Under the pieces are notes generated by a model. That model had not been told where the DNA came from and ran no database searches. It saw nothing but the letters and a program-made list of their open reading frames with translations. Both the position numbers and the translations under genes were made by a program. Below are positions 24,621 through 36,454 of a stretch of 64,000 bases of DNA, in pieces. Source of the stretch: Tubulanus polymorphus (Eukaryota > Animalia > Nemertea); NCBI RefSeq assembly GCF_964204645.1, contig NC_134028.1:11393263-11457262 (forward strand), in the 5' to 3' direction. Every line of letters starts with the position of its first letter. Within the stretch, counting starts at the first letter, position 1.

Positions 24621-27600
24621 AGAGAATAAATTGAAACTAGAATATAAAGATGATATATTAGAAACTAAATTAGAAGAATTAAAGGATGAAAAAGAAACAT
24701 ACAAATGTGATACATATAATCAATCATTCAGTGATAAAAGATATTATAAAGAACATTTAAAATCTATAAGTCATATTAGAAATAAGAATAATGATATTTT
24801 AGGTGAAGATTATTTTGATAATGATAACGATAAGAAACAGAAGACAATTAAAAGAATAAAAAATAAATTAAACAATAAAAGACCATATATGGAAGATGTA
24901 AGAAATTATATTAATTCATTAGATAATAAAAAAGATATAGAGATAACCGAAGCATTTAAAAGTGATATTGGTCCAGCAGCTATCGAGTTTAAATTTCATA
25001 AAGGTAAAACAATAGAAGAAAATAAAAAACATTTAGAAAATATGAAAAAATAATAAAAATAATTACAGATGTTGAATATCCTAAAATAAGTATATCAGTT
25101 AAAGTAAAGTTTATAAAATCTGAAGATAAACCAATATATAATATAAATTCTCATTCACAACATATTATATCTAAACAACATATAGATGATAAATTAAATA
25201 AATGTTATAATGAAATAAAAACTAAAATAGAAGAGAAATATTTTGAAGGATCTGGTTTAATATTTGATGAGATAATATTTATAACTTTACATGTTTATAA
25301 CACAAAATATAATAAGTTAACTAAATCAAAACCAATTGATGAAAATAATTTATCATATTATAAAGAACCAGATATTGAAGCATCGAGTTATATTAAACTA
25401 CCATTTAAAACTAATGCTGTAATAAATATACAAAATGAAGATGATAAATGTTTTCTATGGGCTATAATAAGTTGTTTACATCCTGCAACTTATAATATTT
25501 GTAGATTAACTCATAAGTATCCTGTTAGAATTAAAAACATCCCAAAAATAGAAAGAGATAATAATTTAAAGATAAATGTATTTGATTTAATCAAATTACC
25601 AAATACAAAAGGTAACAACATAAAACATTATACATTAGAACCTTTATACCTATCAAAAGATTATGATTCAAATGATGTTATAGATATACTATATTATGAG
25701 AATCATTATATGTGGATTAAACAAATAGATTTATTTTTTAGAACAGAAAGTGATCACCATAATAAAATATATCTATGTAGAAAATGTTTACATAAATTTA
25801 GTAATGAAAGTACATTATTAAATCATAAACAACTATGTGATAATCATGATTATTGTAAATTAGTTTTACCAAATGAAAAAGATAAAATATTAGAATTCAA
25901 AAAATATGATTACAAAAATAAAGTACCATTTGTAATATATGGAGATTTTGAATCATTAAATAAAGAATTAACAGATAAAGATAGAAAAGATATATATTAT
26001 AAAAGAAAGAAATTAAATTCTAATGAAAGTGATTATTCAGAAGAACCACCAATAACAAATACAATTAAAAAGATTCATCAATCAGCTGCAGCTTTCGGGT
26101 TATATATTAAATCTGATTATCCAGAACTAATTGAAAGTGAATATTATAATTATAGAAATGAAAATGTTATCAATCATTTTTGTGACTTATTAATTGAATA
26201 TGAAATAAGATTTAGTAAATTATTGAATACAAATATAGAAATTATAATGACAGAAGAAGATAAAGAAGAATTTGCGTTTGCAGATAAATGTTATTATTGT
26301 GAAAAGATATTTAATTATAAAGATAAAAAAGTAAGAGACCATGATCATTTGAATGGAAAGTTTAGAGGCGCTGCACATGAGAATTGTAACTTACAAGCTA
26401 AGAAAATTAACTTTATACCAGTTATATTTCATAATCTATCAGGATATGATGCACATTTATTTATCAAACAGCTATGTTATAAAATAGAAGAAATCAATAA
26501 TGAAATAGAAATATTAAATTCAAATAGATCAAAAGATAAAATACCAACTTATAAATTTAGAATGTTAGCTAAAACATCTGAGAATTATATATCATTCCAA
26601 TTTGGGTGTCTAAGATTTATAGATTCATCTAGATTTTTAAATAGTTCATTAGATAACTTATCAAAATCATTAGTTGATGATGAATTAAAGATATTAAAAG
26701 AATATTACCCAAATAATGATGATTTTAAATTAATGAGATATAAAGGAGCAATTCCATATTCTTTCTATAAAAATCATAATGATTTTAAAATAACTGAATT
26801 ATTGAAAGAACAATTTTATGATGAATTAAAAAATGAATATGTTAAAGATGAAGTCTATAATAGAACATTGAATATTTGGAATCATTTCAAAATAGAAAAT
26901 CATGGGCAATTAGTAGATTTATATTTAAAATCAGATGTATTATTATTAACCGATATATTCGAAAGGTTTAGAGATGTAAACCTAAAATATTTCAATATTG
27001 ATCCATGTCATTGTTATTCATCACCAGGATTAACATGGGATTGTGGATTAAAATTTACAGATATAAAAATGGATTTGTTAACAAATATAGATCAATTACT
27101 ATTATTTGAAAAATCTATAAGAGGAGGTGTTTCAGGTGTATTGGGTGATAGATATTTCAATGTAAATGATAATCCTGGATATAAATTATTATACATAGAT
27201 GCAAATAATCTTTATGGTTGGGCAATGATGGAACCACAACCTTATGGGATGTTTGAAATAACTGAAGTTTTACAAATTGATAAATTTGATTGGAAGAAAA
27301 GAATCCTAGATATTGCAGATGATTCAGATATTGGTTACTTTTTTGTTGTAGATTTAGAATACCCTGAAAATATTAAATTCAAATCTAGAAATCTAGCATA
27401 TTGTCCCGAACATAAAACTGTTAAACATGAAGAATTATCAAATTATCAAAAAAGAATTAAACCCGATAATCATATTCATACTGAAAAGTTAATGGTAACT
27501 CAAGAAGATAAATATAATTACGTTATGCATTATAGAATGTTGAAGTTTTATTTAGATCAAGGAATGATTCTAAAAAAAGTACATAGATATATTTCATTCA

Positions 27601-28523
27601 GTCAATCTAAATGGTTAGAAAAATATATAGATTTTAATACTACACAGAGAACTAAATCTAAAACTGATTTTGAGAAGGATTTTTTTAAGTTAATGAATAA
27701 TGCATTCTATGGAAAAACTTGTGAAAATATTAGAAATAGAAATGATATTGAGTTAGTTAGTAATGGTAAAAGGATAAGGCATTTACAATCATATCCTAAG
27801 TTTATAGGTAACAGAATATTCGATGAAAATTTAGCAGCAGTTAAAATGAGGAGAACTTCTATGAAGTTCAATAAACCTATATATGTTGGTGCATCAGTTC
27901 TAGAAATTTCAAAATTATTAATGTATCAATTTTACTATAACATATTACAACCCCATTTTGGAGAAAAACACATAGAAATACTATACTTTGATACAGATTC
28001 TTACATATTAAAGATAAAAACTGATAACATAACTGATGATTTAAAAACATTAAAACATCATTTTGATTTCAGTAACTATCCAAAAAATCATGAATTGTTT
28101 ACCAATGATAATAAAAAAGTTCCTGGGAAGTTTAAGGATGAATTAGGTGGTGAAGAAATGATAGAGTTTATTGGTATTAGATCTAAAATGTATTCATATA
28201 AAACTAAAGAACATGAAGCTAAAAAGTTAAAAGGAATTACCAAAAGCGTTGTTGAAAAGAATATTCATTTCAAAGATTACATCAATTGTATATTTAATGA
28301 AGAAGTTAGAAAACATAAGATGAAATGTTTAAGATCTGAAGATCATGAAATGTATATTGAAGAGATAGAGAAGATAAGTCTAAACCCATTTGATGATAAA
28401 AGATATATTTTAGATGATGGAATCCACACAGTCGCGTATGGTTGCAATTTAGATGAATATATAAAATTCAAAAGAGAAGAAACAAAAGAAAATGAGATTA
28501 TGAAAAGGATTCTAGCGTGTTAA
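24532..28523 (+). pseudogene. polB: Protein-primed family B DNA polymerase (B), 1-bp frameshift at ~25047
   Basis: ATGAAAAAATAATA vs ATGAAAGAAATAATA in C; frame open from 25050 to 28523; YGDFES, IDANNLYG, KLMNNAFYGK, YFDTDS. Confidence 0.92.
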
Positions 28524-28551
28524 TCAATTTCAATAAAAATTTGTATAATAA

Positions 28552-28893
28552 ATGGAGAGTAAACAAGTACACAGTGAATTCTTAGATAGAATTAAAGATA
28601 CTTCAAGCGTCAAATCTGTAGATTATAAATTTAAAAAACTAACTGAGTTAACAATTCACAAGAAATATTTAATTACTAACATTGAAACAATTACTAATAA
28701 ATATGGAGATAAATTAGTAATTCATTTAGAATATGAAGGATTAAAAGGAAATAAATATAAATTCAGAACTTATTTACCAGATAGATTTCATAGATTATCA
28801 AGTGAAGATTTAGAAGAATTATGTTCTGGAGATTTCTATTTCGTATACAAAGGTAAGAATGAAAAAGGGCACCACGATATTGATTTTGAATGA
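28552..28893 (+). CDS. 113-aa protein, possible OB-fold ssDNA-binding protein
   Basis: Conserved in A, B and C directly after polB; beta-rich pattern (KYLITNI..NKYGDKLVIHL..TYLPDRF). Function is inference. Confidence 0.6.
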   Translation: MESKQVHSEFLDRIKDTSSVKSVDYKFKKLTELTIHKKYLITNIETITNKYGDKLVIHLEYEGLKGNKYKFRTYLPDRFHRLSSEDLEELCSGDFYFVYKGKNEKGHHDIDFE

Positions 28894-28908
28894 AAATATG
28901 TAAAATAA

Positions 28909-29670
28909 ATGGCGGAATTAAAAGAATACAGAATATTTGTTGATTCTAGAAAACTTACAAATTATAAATCACATAATTTATTAGTACAATTAGACAGAGA
29001 ATTCAAGAATTGTGTTGATTTAAAATTAGTAAATATAATTTTATGTAATTCTTTTTACAATATATCGAATAAAACTATTGAACATAGAGCCTTTTTAGTT
29101 TTTAATAAAAATAAAAATGAATGGGTCTATATATATTTAAAACCGGGGTTATATAATTTAGATACATTAGCACAAGAAATTAATAGAAAAGCTTGGCACA
29201 AATTAGGTAGTAGTTCTGGGTTTAGTATTAGATTTTTAAAAAGTGAGAGTTCTGATAGAATAAAGATAAGGTTGTCTAACAGTGAAAAACATAAATTTAT
29301 GGTAAAAAAACCTATAGCTAAACTGTTAGGAATTATTCCAGATAGATCTTTTACAAATATTGACGCTACTACACCAAACTTAATACCTTACACACATTTT
29401 TATATTTATTGCAATTTAATCGATCCTACAAAAACATTCGAAGCAACTAAAGATATAACTTGTAATTCTGGTTTACTAAACATTTTACCATTGAAGAATG
29501 TTAAAGAATTTGGAACGCAAATAAATTATAATTTAACAGAATGTGATTTCAAACCTTGCATTCCTCGTTTTAATAATTTTAGATTAGAAATTAGAAATCA
29601 TAATGGATACTTAATTGATTTAAATAATTTCCCTGTAATTTATGAATTAGTTATAAGATGTAGAGAGTAA
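28909..29670 (+). CDS. Minor capsid (penton) protein
   Basis: IFVDSR..L..V.L..SFYNI, PGLYN, LLGI, YIYCNLI, LEIRNHNG.LIDLN pattern of Polinton pentons. Confidence 0.75.
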   Translation: MAELKEYRIFVDSRKLTNYKSHNLLVQLDREFKNCVDLKLVNIILCNSFYNISNKTIEHRAFLVFNKNKNEWVYIYLKPGLYNLDTLAQEINRKAWHKLGSSSGFSIRFLKSESSDRIKIRLSNSEKHKFMVKKPIAKLLGIIPDRSFTNIDATTPNLIPYTHFYIYCNLIDPTKTFEATKDITCNSGLLNILPLKNVKEFGTQINYNLTECDFKPCIPRFNNFRLEIRNHNGYLIDLNNFPVIYELVIRCRE

Positions 29671-29687
29671 TTTTTTTCACTATATAA

Positions 29688-30029
29688 ATGAATATAACTG
29701 TTGGACCGAGTATATGTTTTGGGTTTGATTTTAAACATGGTAAAGGAATGAGAATTAAACTAAATGATGTAATTACTGATATAAAAAGTAAATCATTTAA
29801 CAATGCATCAATGATTGATAAAGAAAATTATAATATAGAAAAAGTAATTGATTTAATTAAATCACCTTTAGAATATTATGAATTAAATGAAGATGGAATT
29901 ATTGATGATATCAAAAACATATTATCCAAAATATATGATAATCATAAAACTAGTAATAAAATAAATGTTGAATTAATCATAAATAAGTTAACTAAATATT
30001 TTGAAGATAGTAATTTTTTTGATAAATAA
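29688..30029 (+). CDS. Hypothetical 113-aa protein
   Basis: Intact in B and C; TAAATG start. Confidence 0.75.
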   Translation: MNITVGPSICFGFDFKHGKGMRIKLNDVITDIKSKSFNNASMIDKENYNIEKVIDLIKSPLEYYELNEDGIIDDIKNILSKIYDNHKTSNKINVELIINKLTKYFEDSNFFDK

Positions 30030-30252
30030 ATGAGTGATAATAAGTGGATAATAACTGGATTATATAATGGCGCATTACTATCAGTTGGAACTGTTGGTTA
30101 TTCAATGGTATTTAAAAAAGGTATTCAAAATGGGAAGTGTTAATGTTGATAGATTTGATATCAATGATATTTTGAAATTAACATTAGCGGTTACTTTATC
30201 TAATTTAACAATTGATTATTTGGAAAAACAAAAATATATTCCTCCCATATAA
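30030..30252 (+). pseudogene. 73-aa hydrophobic protein (B), +1 frameshift at ~30110
   Basis: GGTATTTAAAAAAG vs GGTATTAAAAAAAG context; 223 nt vs 222 nt in C. Confidence 0.75.
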
Positions 30253-30277
30253 ATGTGTAATTTTTTTTGTTAAATAA

Positions 30278-30700
30278 ATGGCTTCTGCAATTATAACTAT
30301 TATAGGATCGGCAATTGTTAACGCTTTAGCATTTACTGGTGGTGGATATTTATTTAAACATATTGATAAAAATAGTTCATTAGGAGAACAAAGAAGACAT
30401 AACTTAGCGTTAGAGAAATACAATAAAGCTGCAGAAGAATATAGAGAAAAGAGGCAAAACTATATGGATTACATCAATAAAGAATTATATGATCAGAAGA
30501 TTTCACATAGAGATTTTCAATCAGTTGATGATGCAATGAGTTTATATAACGCAGTAACAAATAAAGAAAAATTACATCTATACAAACCTAAATTATCAGA
30601 TTATTATACCCCAAGTAAAGAACAACAGAAATATGAAATAATTTGGATTTTAGGTGGAACAGTTATTGTTATATTTGTTGCTTATAAGTTTACTAATTAG
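30278..30700 (+). CDS. 140-aa membrane protein (N-terminal amphipathic helix, coiled coil, C-terminal TM)
   Basis: MASAIITIIGSAIVNALAFTGGG...WILGGTVIVIFVAY. Confidence 0.8.
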   Translation: MASAIITIIGSAIVNALAFTGGGYLFKHIDKNSSLGEQRRHNLALEKYNKAAEEYREKRQNYMDYINKELYDQKISHRDFQSVDDAMSLYNAVTNKEKLHLYKPKLSDYYTPSKEQQKYEIIWILGGTVIVIFVAYKFTN

Positions 30701-30719
30701 TAATTTTTATTCTAAATAA

Positions 30720-31155
30720 ATGGAAGATAAAGTTGATAGTATTGATATTATTCCTCATGATATAAATAAAACTAAATTAAAAACATATTTAGAAAAACAA
30801 ATATTAGAATTTGAAAGTGACTTAAAGATAAAAAAGAAAAAAAAATTTAAAAAGTAAAATTATATATTATCTTATTATTAGTGGTTCGGTTACAATTAGT
30901 TCTGTAATAACATTTTTAGCAATATTCAGTCCATTAACACCTTTAGCTATATCAATTGGTGTGTTAGGATTAAGTTCAAGTGTTTTAACTGGTATAAGTT
31001 CAAAATTAAATATAAAAAGTAATAAAGAAAAAATAAAATCTAATATAAAAGAAATTAATAAATTAAAGAACACACTAGATTATATAATAAGTTTAAATGG
31101 TCATATAACAGCTGAAGAGCAAGATAAATTATTAAAAGAATTAATAAATTATTAA
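30720..31155 (+). pseudogene. 144-aa two-TM protein (B), frameshift in poly-A at ~30840
   Basis: Homologous to intact 46227-46661; 436 vs 435 nt. Confidence 0.75.
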
Positions 31156-31171
31156 TTTTTTAATTATATAA

Positions 31172-32452
31172 ATGGTAGATAGTTTTCCAAAAGCTTTCCA
31201 ATATAATAAATCAATTAAACATAATATTCCAGCAATAGATTTTAATAAAGATATTATATATAGAAATGAAGTTTTAGATTCATTAACTAATTTAGAAATT
31301 TATGTTACTGAAACTAATAATTTTAATGCAAAGATGGAAAATATATTTCATGTATATTTAATTAATTTTAAAAAATTGAAAGATGAAAAACAATGGTTAT
31401 TAAAATCTAATATGAAGTATTGGCAGAATCAATTAAATTTTGCTGTTTATTGTGCAACAACAGGTTGTGGAATTAGCTGGAATGATCATTTGAATAATTC
31501 TAAATATAAATTAATTCAAAGTTTATTTAGATTTCATACATACTTTCAAATCAGAATAATATTAAATGAATTAGAGTGCGCTTTACCAGGATATAGATAT
31601 TTTAAAGAATTAGATAATAATATTAATTTATCAAAGTTTTATAAAATTTGCAATGAATTTAATATAGATATAAATAATTCTGATTTTAGAACAAAAATTG
31701 GAACAATAAGATCACTTCCATGCCCTAGAAAGATTGCAGAATATTGTGCACTTCCCATACCATCTAATAGTTTTTATAATATCTATAATAATAAATTAGG
31801 TTATGGTAAAATAGAAACAAAGGATTTAGAAACATTAAATTTCAATAAATTACCGAAATTTTATGATAATTTAAAACAAGAAAACAATAATGGCTTGGTT
31901 TATTTTATTTTAGAAAATAGTGAAGGTTTTACTAAATCAGGTATAGAAAGAATAAATCAATCTATTAGAACTTATTTGATATGTATTCTAGGATCACAAG
32001 TTGAAACAAGATCACCGATAATTGGAAATTTGAATACATCATTCGATACACAAAAACAGTTTAAAGTTTTATTTGAAGATTCCATACATAATGATAAAAA
32101 TAGATCGATTCCAGAAAACATTATAAGATATCAAAATTATTTAGATAAATCTCATGTAAGACTTAATTATTGTATAGGCCCTAATCTATTAATTATTTCT
32201 AATGATTTAGTATTAAAGATGGGAAATATAATTGGTTATAATAATCTAATTAAAACTGCAACAATAAATAATTCATTTGGGTTAAATGATATAAATAAAA
32301 AGATTATCACTGCTCCAAAATTAATGGAAGGTGAAAAAAATAAAAAACACATTCAATCAACAGAAACTAAAACTAATAATATTAAATTAAATAATGATTC
32401 TAAAATAAAAGATTATAATACATCAGAAAATAATAGAACTGTTATTATTTAA
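31172..32452 (+). CDS. Conserved Maverick protein (WQNQLNFAVYCATTGCG), C-terminal TM lost by premature stop
   Basis: TAA at 32450 where C has CAA; the TM-coding sequence continues to ~32559. Confidence 0.8.
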   Translation: MVDSFPKAFQYNKSIKHNIPAIDFNKDIIYRNEVLDSLTNLEIYVTETNNFNAKMENIFHVYLINFKKLKDEKQWLLKSNMKYWQNQLNFAVYCATTGCGISWNDHLNNSKYKLIQSLFRFHTYFQIRIILNELECALPGYRYFKELDNNINLSKFYKICNEFNIDINNSDFRTKIGTIRSLPCPRKIAEYCALPIPSNSFYNIYNNKLGYGKIETKDLETLNFNKLPKFYDNLKQENNNGLVYFILENSEGFTKSGIERINQSIRTYLICILGSQVETRSPIIGNLNTSFDTQKQFKVLFEDSIHNDKNRSIPENIIRYQNYLDKSHVRLNYCIGPNLLIISNDLVLKMGNIIGYNNLIKTATINNSFGLNDINKKIITAPKLMEGEKNKKHIQSTETKTNNIKLNNDSKIKDYNTSENNRTVII

Positions 32453-32576
32453 CATGATATAATTAAAACTGATAATGATAATAAATCCCATGAAAATACT
32501 AAATTAGCTATAACTTGTATAGGAATTGTAATCGGAGGAATATTATATTTTAAATTTTAATTTTTTTACTTTGTAA

Positions 32577-34037
32577 ATGGATGTAGAAGGTGGAGAAGAT
32601 ATTGGAATGGGAGAAATGGGAAATAATAATGAAGGATATATTGATGATGATTATAATGATGCAGAAACTAATATTGATAATGATGATGAATCAGCATATA
32701 ATTCTAATTTAGCAGATAGTGGTTCTAAAGCCCCATCAACAGATGAATTTGATAGAAGAACTAGATCGAGAATAAATCCTGAAAATGAAAATCAAGGTTT
32801 AAAAAAGGAAGATTTAGAAAATATTGGATTTATATATAAGTTTCAAGATGTATTTAAAGATTCTGGATATAAAATAAATTACAGAGGTGCCAGACTTTTA
32901 GTAAAAGATTTAAAATATTTAGATGGTGAATATTATTATAAATTGAAATATGATTATTATATTAACATCTCTTATAAAACTCAAAATATAATATTAGCAG
33001 AATCAACTTTGCTTAAGTTAGAACCAGATAGAATTAAGAGAATAAGTATTAGTAATGAAATAACTGATGTTACACAAGAAGAAAGAGATAATAATAGAAA
33101 AGAATTTAAACAAAGAATTAATGAATTATTTGAAACAATCGATAATAATTTAGAAACAGAAACAACTTCTGAACAGAATATAACTTCCAAAACTAGTAAA
33201 CTTAAATCAAACACTGAAGTTCAAACTGAAAAACTTTTACCGAATGGATTACTTGATGCAACAGATCAAGAAATAGAAGCTTTAAGTATGTTTTCTAAAA
33301 AAACAATTAGAGAAATAATAAGTATACGAAATGACGCCGATAAAATTGCGCGCGAAAAACATATTAGATATAATAAAATTAAACATTTAGAAAATAAATT
33401 ATTTGACACCAGAAAAGAATTAGAACAATTAAAATTAGATAGAGAATTTAAAGTTATTGAAGAAATTGAATTTAAAAAAAGAAATGCATATTTAGAAAAA
33501 GAAATTGATGATTTAGAATATAACATAGAATTTCAGAAAGAAAAAATGAAATTATTATTAAAATCATATGATTATTGTATCAATAGATTAAAAGTTGTTG
33601 TTAAAGAGTTAATACTAAAACCAAATTCTGACATATCATTGAAAGATAGAATAAAATTATTATTTAAGTTTGAAGGAATAACAGTTCTTTCAATTCTAAC
33701 AGCTGTAACTATGTTATTTACAACAATTGGTTTAGCAATATCAAATGCTTTAAAATCTACTCCTACTCCAAATAAACCAGATAAACCTCCAGGCAATAAT
33801 TCTATACAAGATAAAGTTAAGGATGGTTTAAAAAAATTAGCAAAATATTTATGGGAACTATCTAAAAAATCTGCTGCAGCATTACCAGGAGTTATTGCAT
33901 CAATTGTTGGTTTTATATTGAAATCTGCAGGAAACATTATTAACTTTGCTGCTGAACATATTATTTTATTTTTAATTACAGTTGTAAGTGCTATTATTTT
34001 TGGTTTAGTAAATATGATATCAAAAAGTATCAAGTAA
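32577..34037 (+). CDS. 486-aa acidic N-terminus/coiled-coil/C-terminal hydrophobic helices protein (putative membrane-active virion protein)
   Basis: Central heptad region; three hydrophobic segments near the C-terminus; directly upstream of MCP. Confidence 0.8.
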   Translation: MDVEGGEDIGMGEMGNNNEGYIDDDYNDAETNIDNDDESAYNSNLADSGSKAPSTDEFDRRTRSRINPENENQGLKKEDLENIGFIYKFQDVFKDSGYKINYRGARLLVKDLKYLDGEYYYKLKYDYYINISYKTQNIILAESTLLKLEPDRIKRISISNEITDVTQEERDNNRKEFKQRINELFETIDNNLETETTSEQNITSKTSKLKSNTEVQTEKLLPNGLLDATDQEIEALSMFSKKTIREIISIRNDADKIAREKHIRYNKIKHLENKLFDTRKELEQLKLDREFKVIEEIEFKKRNAYLEKEIDDLEYNIEFQKEKMKLLLKSYDYCINRLKVVVKELILKPNSDISLKDRIKLLFKFEGITVLSILTAVTMLFTTIGLAISNALKSTPTPNKPDKPPGNNSIQDKVKDGLKKLAKYLWELSKKSAAALPGVIASIVGFILKSAGNIINFAAEHIILFLITVVSAIIFGLVNMISKSIK

Positions 34038-34100
34038 ACCATGATATCAAAAAATATCAAGTAAACCATGATATCAAAAAATATCAAGTAAACATGATCA
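34007..34100. repeat. 27-bp tandem repeat (~3.5 copies) at the 3' end of the 486-aa gene
   Basis: AGTAAACCATGATATCAAAAAATATCA units; collapsed to one partial unit in C. Confidence 0.85.
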
Positions 34101-34132
34101 AAAATAAATAATTAATTTTTTTTGTTAAATAA

Positions 34133-35380
34133 ATGAGTGGGAGTTATATAAGTCCTTCGGAGAATCATAGAATATCTAATGCTATTAAAGCAGAAAGATC
34201 ACATCATATAATTACTCATAACCCTTCAAATATTAATCCCGATGAAACTTTATACGTTAGAATCCCTCGATTAACACAAAATACTTTTTATGTTCCAAAT
34301 AGTATTTATTTATCAGCCGATATAAAAGTAATCGGTAATAATAATAATTATGTCGTTGATAATGTTGGAAGATATTTGATTAAAAAACTAACAATAAAGA
34401 TTGGTCCAGAAACAGTTTTCTCATTAGATGATTATAATTTATTTTCACATTATAAAGATTTATGGTTAACTAAAGAAAATAGAAATAATATGATATTTCA
34501 AGGAATTCAATCAGAAAACCAAAATAAATTAAGATCAGAAGCTAATAGCGCAATATTAACAAATGATGTAGATAAATTGATAAAAAGTATATATGGAAGC
34601 AAATATAAAATTCCATTAGACTTTGAATTGATAAATAATAATGCACCTTTATATAAATACGCAATTCAAGAAGATATTATATTTGAGATAACATTTGCTC
34701 CTGTAAATGAAATTGTATTATCTAGCGTTAATAAAGATATGAGTTATAAATTATCGAATATATGTTTAGAATATGATACAGTAACTGATGAAAATATTTC
34801 AAGTATAATTCAAACCCAATACAATCAAGGATTTTCATTATTATATGATTATATTGATAAATTTAAAACTGTAACTATTAATGCAAATGATGAAATAATT
34901 AATGAGAATATTAACTTTCCTAGAAGATCTATTAAAGGTATATTAATATTTTTTACCATTGGAACGTATACTAATGGCGCAATAAATGTTGACAATTATT
35001 ATAATCCTGAAATAACAAAAGTAGAAATAACTATCGAAGGAATAGCGAATAAAATATTTTGTCAAGGAATGAGAATGATTGATCAATGGCCAGAAATTAG
35101 AAAACATTTTATGAATGAAAAAGTAAAATCATTTGAAAATTGTAATATTAATCAAATTGATTATTATACCGGTAATAAATATGCATTATGGTTAGATTTT
35201 AGAACAACTGAAGATAATTCATTACACGGTTCTGGAAAAAAACTACAGAACACTAAAGATGGAATACAATTATTCATGACAAAGAAAAAGGGAATCAAAA
35301 ATTTTAAAATGCACATTTATATTATATCTGACGCGCAATTAAATATTGTAAATTCACAATTAGATAGTGTTATGCATTAA
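34133..35380 (+). CDS. Major capsid protein (double jelly-roll, hexon-like)
   Basis: 415 aa, beta-rich, highly conserved among A, B and C; HNPSNINPDETLYVRIP, YKIPLDF, LEYDTV, ALWLDFR pattern; position in a Polinton. Confidence 0.8.
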   Translation: MSGSYISPSENHRISNAIKAERSHHIITHNPSNINPDETLYVRIPRLTQNTFYVPNSIYLSADIKVIGNNNNYVVDNVGRYLIKKLTIKIGPETVFSLDDYNLFSHYKDLWLTKENRNNMIFQGIQSENQNKLRSEANSAILTNDVDKLIKSIYGSKYKIPLDFELINNNAPLYKYAIQEDIIFEITFAPVNEIVLSSVNKDMSYKLSNICLEYDTVTDENISSIIQTQYNQGFSLLYDYIDKFKTVTINANDEIINENINFPRRSIKGILIFFTIGTYTNGAINVDNYYNPEITKVEITIEGIANKIFCQGMRMIDQWPEIRKHFMNEKVKSFENCNINQIDYYTGNKYALWLDFRTTEDNSLHGSGKKLQNTKDGIQLFMTKKKGIKNFKMHIYIISDAQLNIVNSQLDSVMH

Positions 35381-35412
35381 AATTTTAACTTTAATAAACA
35401 TTTATTATATAA

Positions 35413-36369
35413 ATGGAAGGAGGTAAAGTATATGAAAGAATCAAAGCTGATAAAGAAATCAATGATAATTTGTATTATGTAATACCTTATAAAAGAATAA
35501 ATGAATATATTGGAACATTTTTATTAAATGAATTAAATCAATACAAAGAATATTTAATTGAACGTAATAATGATAAAAGTGGTGTTGTTAATAATAGTGT
35601 AATTGATAATAATGTAATACCTACTACATCTGTAATACCTACTACTATATCTGTAATACCTACTACATCTGTAATACCTACTACATCTGTAATACCCTCT
35701 ACATCAAATAATGTAATACCTACTACATCTGTAATACCCTCTACATCAAATAATGTAATACCTTCTACATCTAATAATGAAATAATATTAGATGTTAGTG
35801 AAAATAGAAATTATTGTGGTTATTGTAATGGTGAATTTTCAAACGCTCCATCAAATTGGAATAAACATATGAATACAAATTCACATATTACTAATGTTAT
35901 AGAACGTGTTGGTTTAAGAGAATTTATAGAACACCCATTTAGATATGTTACAAAACTTGTTTCAAATAAAAAAGTAAATGGTAAAGAATTATATGAAGAT
36001 TTTTTATTAACAACACCTAATAAAGATGAATTAGATTTAACCGATGCTAATGAAATATTAGGATCAAATATTGTAAATGAAATATTAGGAGCAAACACTA
36101 ATAAAGATGATAATGAAAATGATGCCATACAGCACCCACATGGTGATATAGTAACAGATAAGCATATTGATAATAAAGATTCTATAAAACTTAAAGTAGA
36201 AAATAATAATAAATTTGATTGGATGAATAAGCATAACAATGAAACAACTATTGATGATTTGGTAAAAAAGGTGAAAAAGGTGAAAAATAATAAACCAATT
36301 ATTTATGAAGATACGGTAGAGCATTTGAATAAATTGTTAGGGTCTGAAAGTGATTCAGAAAGTGATTAA
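35413..36369 (+). CDS. 318-aa protein with (VIPTTS)n repeats and C2H2 zinc finger
   Basis: YCGYC..NWNKHMNTNSH; 18-bp tandem repeats at ~35612-35775. Confidence 0.75.
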   Translation: MEGGKVYERIKADKEINDNLYYVIPYKRINEYIGTFLLNELNQYKEYLIERNNDKSGVVNNSVIDNNVIPTTSVIPTTISVIPTTSVIPTTSVIPSTSNNVIPTTSVIPSTSNNVIPSTSNNEIILDVSENRNYCGYCNGEFSNAPSNWNKHMNTNSHITNVIERVGLREFIEHPFRYVTKLVSNKKVNGKELYEDFLLTTPNKDELDLTDANEILGSNIVNEILGANTNKDDNENDAIQHPHGDIVTDKHIDNKDSIKLKVENNNKFDWMNKHNNETTIDDLVKKVKKVKNNKPIIYEDTVEHLNKLLGSESDSESD

Positions 36370-36454
36370 GAAATTAATTATCTAACACTCAAAAAGTAAT
36401 AAAGGTTGAAAATTGTATAAAATAATAGTAAATAAAAAAGGGGGTTTTAAGTAT

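Noticed and set aside
25040-25055. Programmed frameshift in polB separating the zinc-finger part
   Set aside because: C has a continuous ORF, B differs by a single missing G, and A's nearby break is a different lesion.
32981-36324. Antisense ORFs over the 486-aa and VIPTTS genes (also 15464-16266, 48688-49359, 51096-51515, 37913-38125)
   Set aside because: Shadow frames of AT-rich coding strands with no motifs and no TAAATG starts.
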